Below, in pieces: positions 61,712 to 64,000 of a stretch of DNA of 64,000 nucleotides; the first letter of the stretch is position 1, and the number at the start of each line of letters is the position of its first letter. Under the pieces are notes generated by a model, which saw nothing but the letters and a program-made list of their open reading frames with translations, made no database searches and had not been told where the DNA came from. A program made the translations under genes and the position numbers. Source of the stretch: Candidatus Heimdallarchaeota archaeon (GTDB taxonomy: Archaea > Asgardarchaeota > Heimdallarchaeia > Hodarchaeales > Hodarchaeaceae); NCBI GenBank assembly GCA_020353515.1, contig CP070695.1, positions 2,937,231 to 3,001,230 of the forward strand, given 5' to 3'.

Positions 61712-62407
61712 ATGACCGATTCTGAAACATCCTCTCCACAGAGTAAGTACCAAGATGTCGTGAATTTCAAACCTGTCGTTTTAAAAGTTATTGATGATGA
61801 AAAAACGCTCAGGGCACTTATAGATCCTAATTATGAAAAGATTATTGCAATTTTAAGAAAAAAGCCGAAGACTGTACAAGAAATCACCGCTGATTTTAAT
61901 AAAAAGGCTGAAATGTGTCATTTGACTGAACCTAGAACTAATAAAACAATTTATCGCTATTTAAAGACCCTAGAAGAATTAGGATTAGTTATTCCTGCTG
62001 GTCAGAGAGTAGTGGTAGGTAAAACAGCGTCAGAGAACTTATATGCGCGCACTGCTCTCATTTTCCAACGTGGAGACATTGATTGGATGTCAGAGGAAGG
62101 AAGCGACTGGGCACATCGTTTTGCTACTATTTTAGGTTATATGCTTGGGATTAGCACCCAAGAAGCGTCTACTGAATGCATCCAGAAATTTTTCAAAAAT
62201 TGGAGTGAAACAAAATTAACAATTCTAGAGGGATTTGCTAAAACTGCGTCGGATGACATATTAGAACTCATTACAGAAGGAGAATGGGAGGAATTGATTC
62301 ACTTCACAGATTGGGTTTATATCTTTGGGACATTAATAGAAGAACCCAAATTATTGGAAGAACTCCACGATTGTCTTGAAAGACCTATTGACGATATTAA
62401 TCCCTAA
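61712..62407 (+). CDS. wHTH-domain protein, tandem paralog 1
   Basis: DPNYEKIIAILRKKPKTVQEI...TIYRYLKTLEELGLV and LYARTA. Confidence 0.75.
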   Translation: MTDSETSSPQSKYQDVVNFKPVVLKVIDDEKTLRALIDPNYEKIIAILRKKPKTVQEITADFNKKAEMCHLTEPRTNKTIYRYLKTLEELGLVIPAGQRVVVGKTASENLYARTALIFQRGDIDWMSEEGSDWAHRFATILGYMLGISTQEASTECIQKFFKNWSETKLTILEGFAKTASDDILELITEGEWEELIHFTDWVYIFGTLIEEPKLLEELHDCLERPIDDINP

Positions 62408-63094
62408 GTGACTTTTAGGAGGCAATTAGAAATAGCTTCTCAAAAAAATAAATATCAAGACATCTTAGATTACAAACCTGTGATTTTAAAAATCATAGAT
62501 GACGAGGAAACACTCAAAAAGCTTGAAGATCCGAATTATGACGTGTTAATGTCAATCTTAAGAAGAAGACCAATGACCGTAAGGGAAATTACTACGGCAT
62601 TTAACGAAGAAGCTGAAAAGTCAAGCAGTATTGATTCAAAGTCACAAAAAACCATATATCATTATTTAAAAATCTTGGAGGATCTGGGATTAATTATTTC
62701 TGCTGGACAAAGAGTAATTATGGGTAAAACAGCTACAGAAAAACTATACATGCGCACTGCTCGAATGTACGAGCGCAGATACAAGTATATCGATTGGCTA
62801 GGGGAGGAAGGAAATGAATGGGCTTCCCGTTTTGGTACTCTATTCAATTCTTTATTTTCTATAGAGAAGAAATCCTCTGCAAAATGTATTCAGGAATTCT
62901 TTGCTAAATGGACAAAAGCCAAAAAAGCTGAAATTGAAAAAATGGCATCACTGGCGCCTGACGATGTAGTGGAAATCATCACTGGGTGTGATTTGAGAGA
63001 ATTGTCTGAAATTCTAGGTCGTGTATACATTTTCGGCACCTTCATGAACCAACCTGATTTATTAGAACAACTTCGTGTTTGTTTAAAGGGATGA
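62408..63094 (+). CDS. wHTH-domain protein, tandem paralog 2
   Basis: Colinear with 61712..62407 (KYQD..YKPV.LK.IDDE, TIYHYLKILEDLGLI, AGQRV..GKTA.E.LY.RTA). Confidence 0.75.
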   Translation: MTFRRQLEIASQKNKYQDILDYKPVILKIIDDEETLKKLEDPNYDVLMSILRRRPMTVREITTAFNEEAEKSSSIDSKSQKTIYHYLKILEDLGLIISAGQRVIMGKTATEKLYMRTARMYERRYKYIDWLGEEGNEWASRFGTLFNSLFSIEKKSSAKCIQEFFAKWTKAKKAEIEKMASLAPDDVVEIITGCDLRELSEILGRVYIFGTFMNQPDLLEQLRVCLKG

Positions 63095-63121
63095 ATCTGA
63101 AAGTGTTTTACTAAATGCGGC

Positions 63122-63790
63122 TTACATTTTTTGCATAATGAAAAAAACTGAATTTACCTTTTTCATCCTTTTTACCCTCTTTATCTCATTTTGGTACTTG
63201 TGAAGCGTTTTAAGGACAGCTGGATTATTTTTGTATTCCAAGGCTATTTCGTTCACCCTTACCTCTAGAGGTTCATAATAATCCTTCCACCACGTATCCC
63301 CAGGAAGCAAAAAATGATTCAGGAGTTTGTATTTACAACTAGGAATGGCACTTAGTTTAGAATCCATATCTCTTATATCATCATGGACCACTAAGAATCC
63401 TTTAGGTTTAATCAATCGTCTCCATTCTTTTAGGCCCCTTTCAAACCCAATGGTCGTTATAACTCCCTCTGCCCATAGGATATCAAAGCTTTCATTGGGA
63501 AAATCTATGTCAAATAATGAGCACTTCATTGCCTTGACTCTGTTGGTTAAACCTTTTGCCTTTATCTTACTATTCAGTTTATTCAGGCCAGATTGGTCAA
63601 TATCTATGCCAATAATTTCACCTTTACATAATGCCGCTAATTCTATTGTTGGTTCACCTGAACCACACCCAATATCAAGAATTCGTGGATTGGATAATTC
63701 AGGAAGCATATAAAATGCCTTTCTTGTATATTGATTGAATTTTTTACGGAAAATATCTCGGTCTATCTCAGTAAATGTGTCATCTGTCAT
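63122..63790 (-). CDS. Class I SAM-dependent methyltransferase
   Basis: ILDIGCGSG, FDILWAEG and WRRLIKPKG. Confidence 0.9.
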   Translation of the reverse strand: MTDDTFTEIDRDIFRKKFNQYTRKAFYMLPELSNPRILDIGCGSGEPTIELAALCKGEIIGIDIDQSGLNKLNSKIKAKGLTNRVKAMKCSLFDIDFPNESFDILWAEGVITTIGFERGLKEWRRLIKPKGFLVVHDDIRDMDSKLSAIPSCKYKLLNHFLLPGDTWWKDYYEPLEVRVNEIALEYKNNPAVLKTLHKYQNEIKRVKRMKKVNSVFFIMQKM

Positions 63791-64000
63791 CAATTCTCAA
63801 CCCAACAAATACAACCTGAATCTCATCTTCTGTTATTATTGACCGTACGAATTTTAATTATTCTATGTTAACACTCTAAAAAAACATTGGAAGTGAGGAC
63901 TATTGTCATTACACTGACTACTTCTCTAAATTACACAGTACTTATGAGATTCAATCTTACATTCTATTGTTTAGGACTTAATTGATTGCACTAACCTAAT

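Overview
An AT-rich, gene-dense archaeal chromosomal window, almost certainly from an Asgard archaeon. It opens with the 3' part of a eukaryote-like actin gene and carries two longin/uDENN-like proteins, archaeal-type pheS/pheT and a PGF-CTERM-like surface protein; Heimdallarchaeia is my best guess, but that is inference. Content: an ArsR/thioredoxin redox locus, an orphan DUF1156 adenine methyltransferase, tldD/pmbA, beta-carbonic anhydrase, pheST, a receiver-domain/dikinase hybrid divergent from NADP-type gdhA, two multi-PAS proteins (3 and 10 PAS) with degenerate kinase cores, a GH4-HAD-MFS cluster, a deleted arsenic operon, a CadA/CadC-like metal efflux pair, a longin-hdrA/mvhD-mvhG-mvhA hydrogenase operon, radical SAM and methyltransferase genes, an amidase, metF, PLP enzymes and wHTH paralogs. 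I saw no rRNA, tRNA, CRISPR array or transposase. Best candidates for undescribed systems: (1) the REC-REC-ATP-grasp-His protein paired with gdhA and a structured gdhA leader; (2) a longin-domain gene heading an Hdr/Mvh hydrogenase operon; (3) a structured pheS leader with a uORF; (4) several unannotated microproteins and an ATT-initiated, frameshifted Zn-ribbon/Pro-rich/coiled-coil gene. All family calls come from motif recognition by eye; no searches were run.
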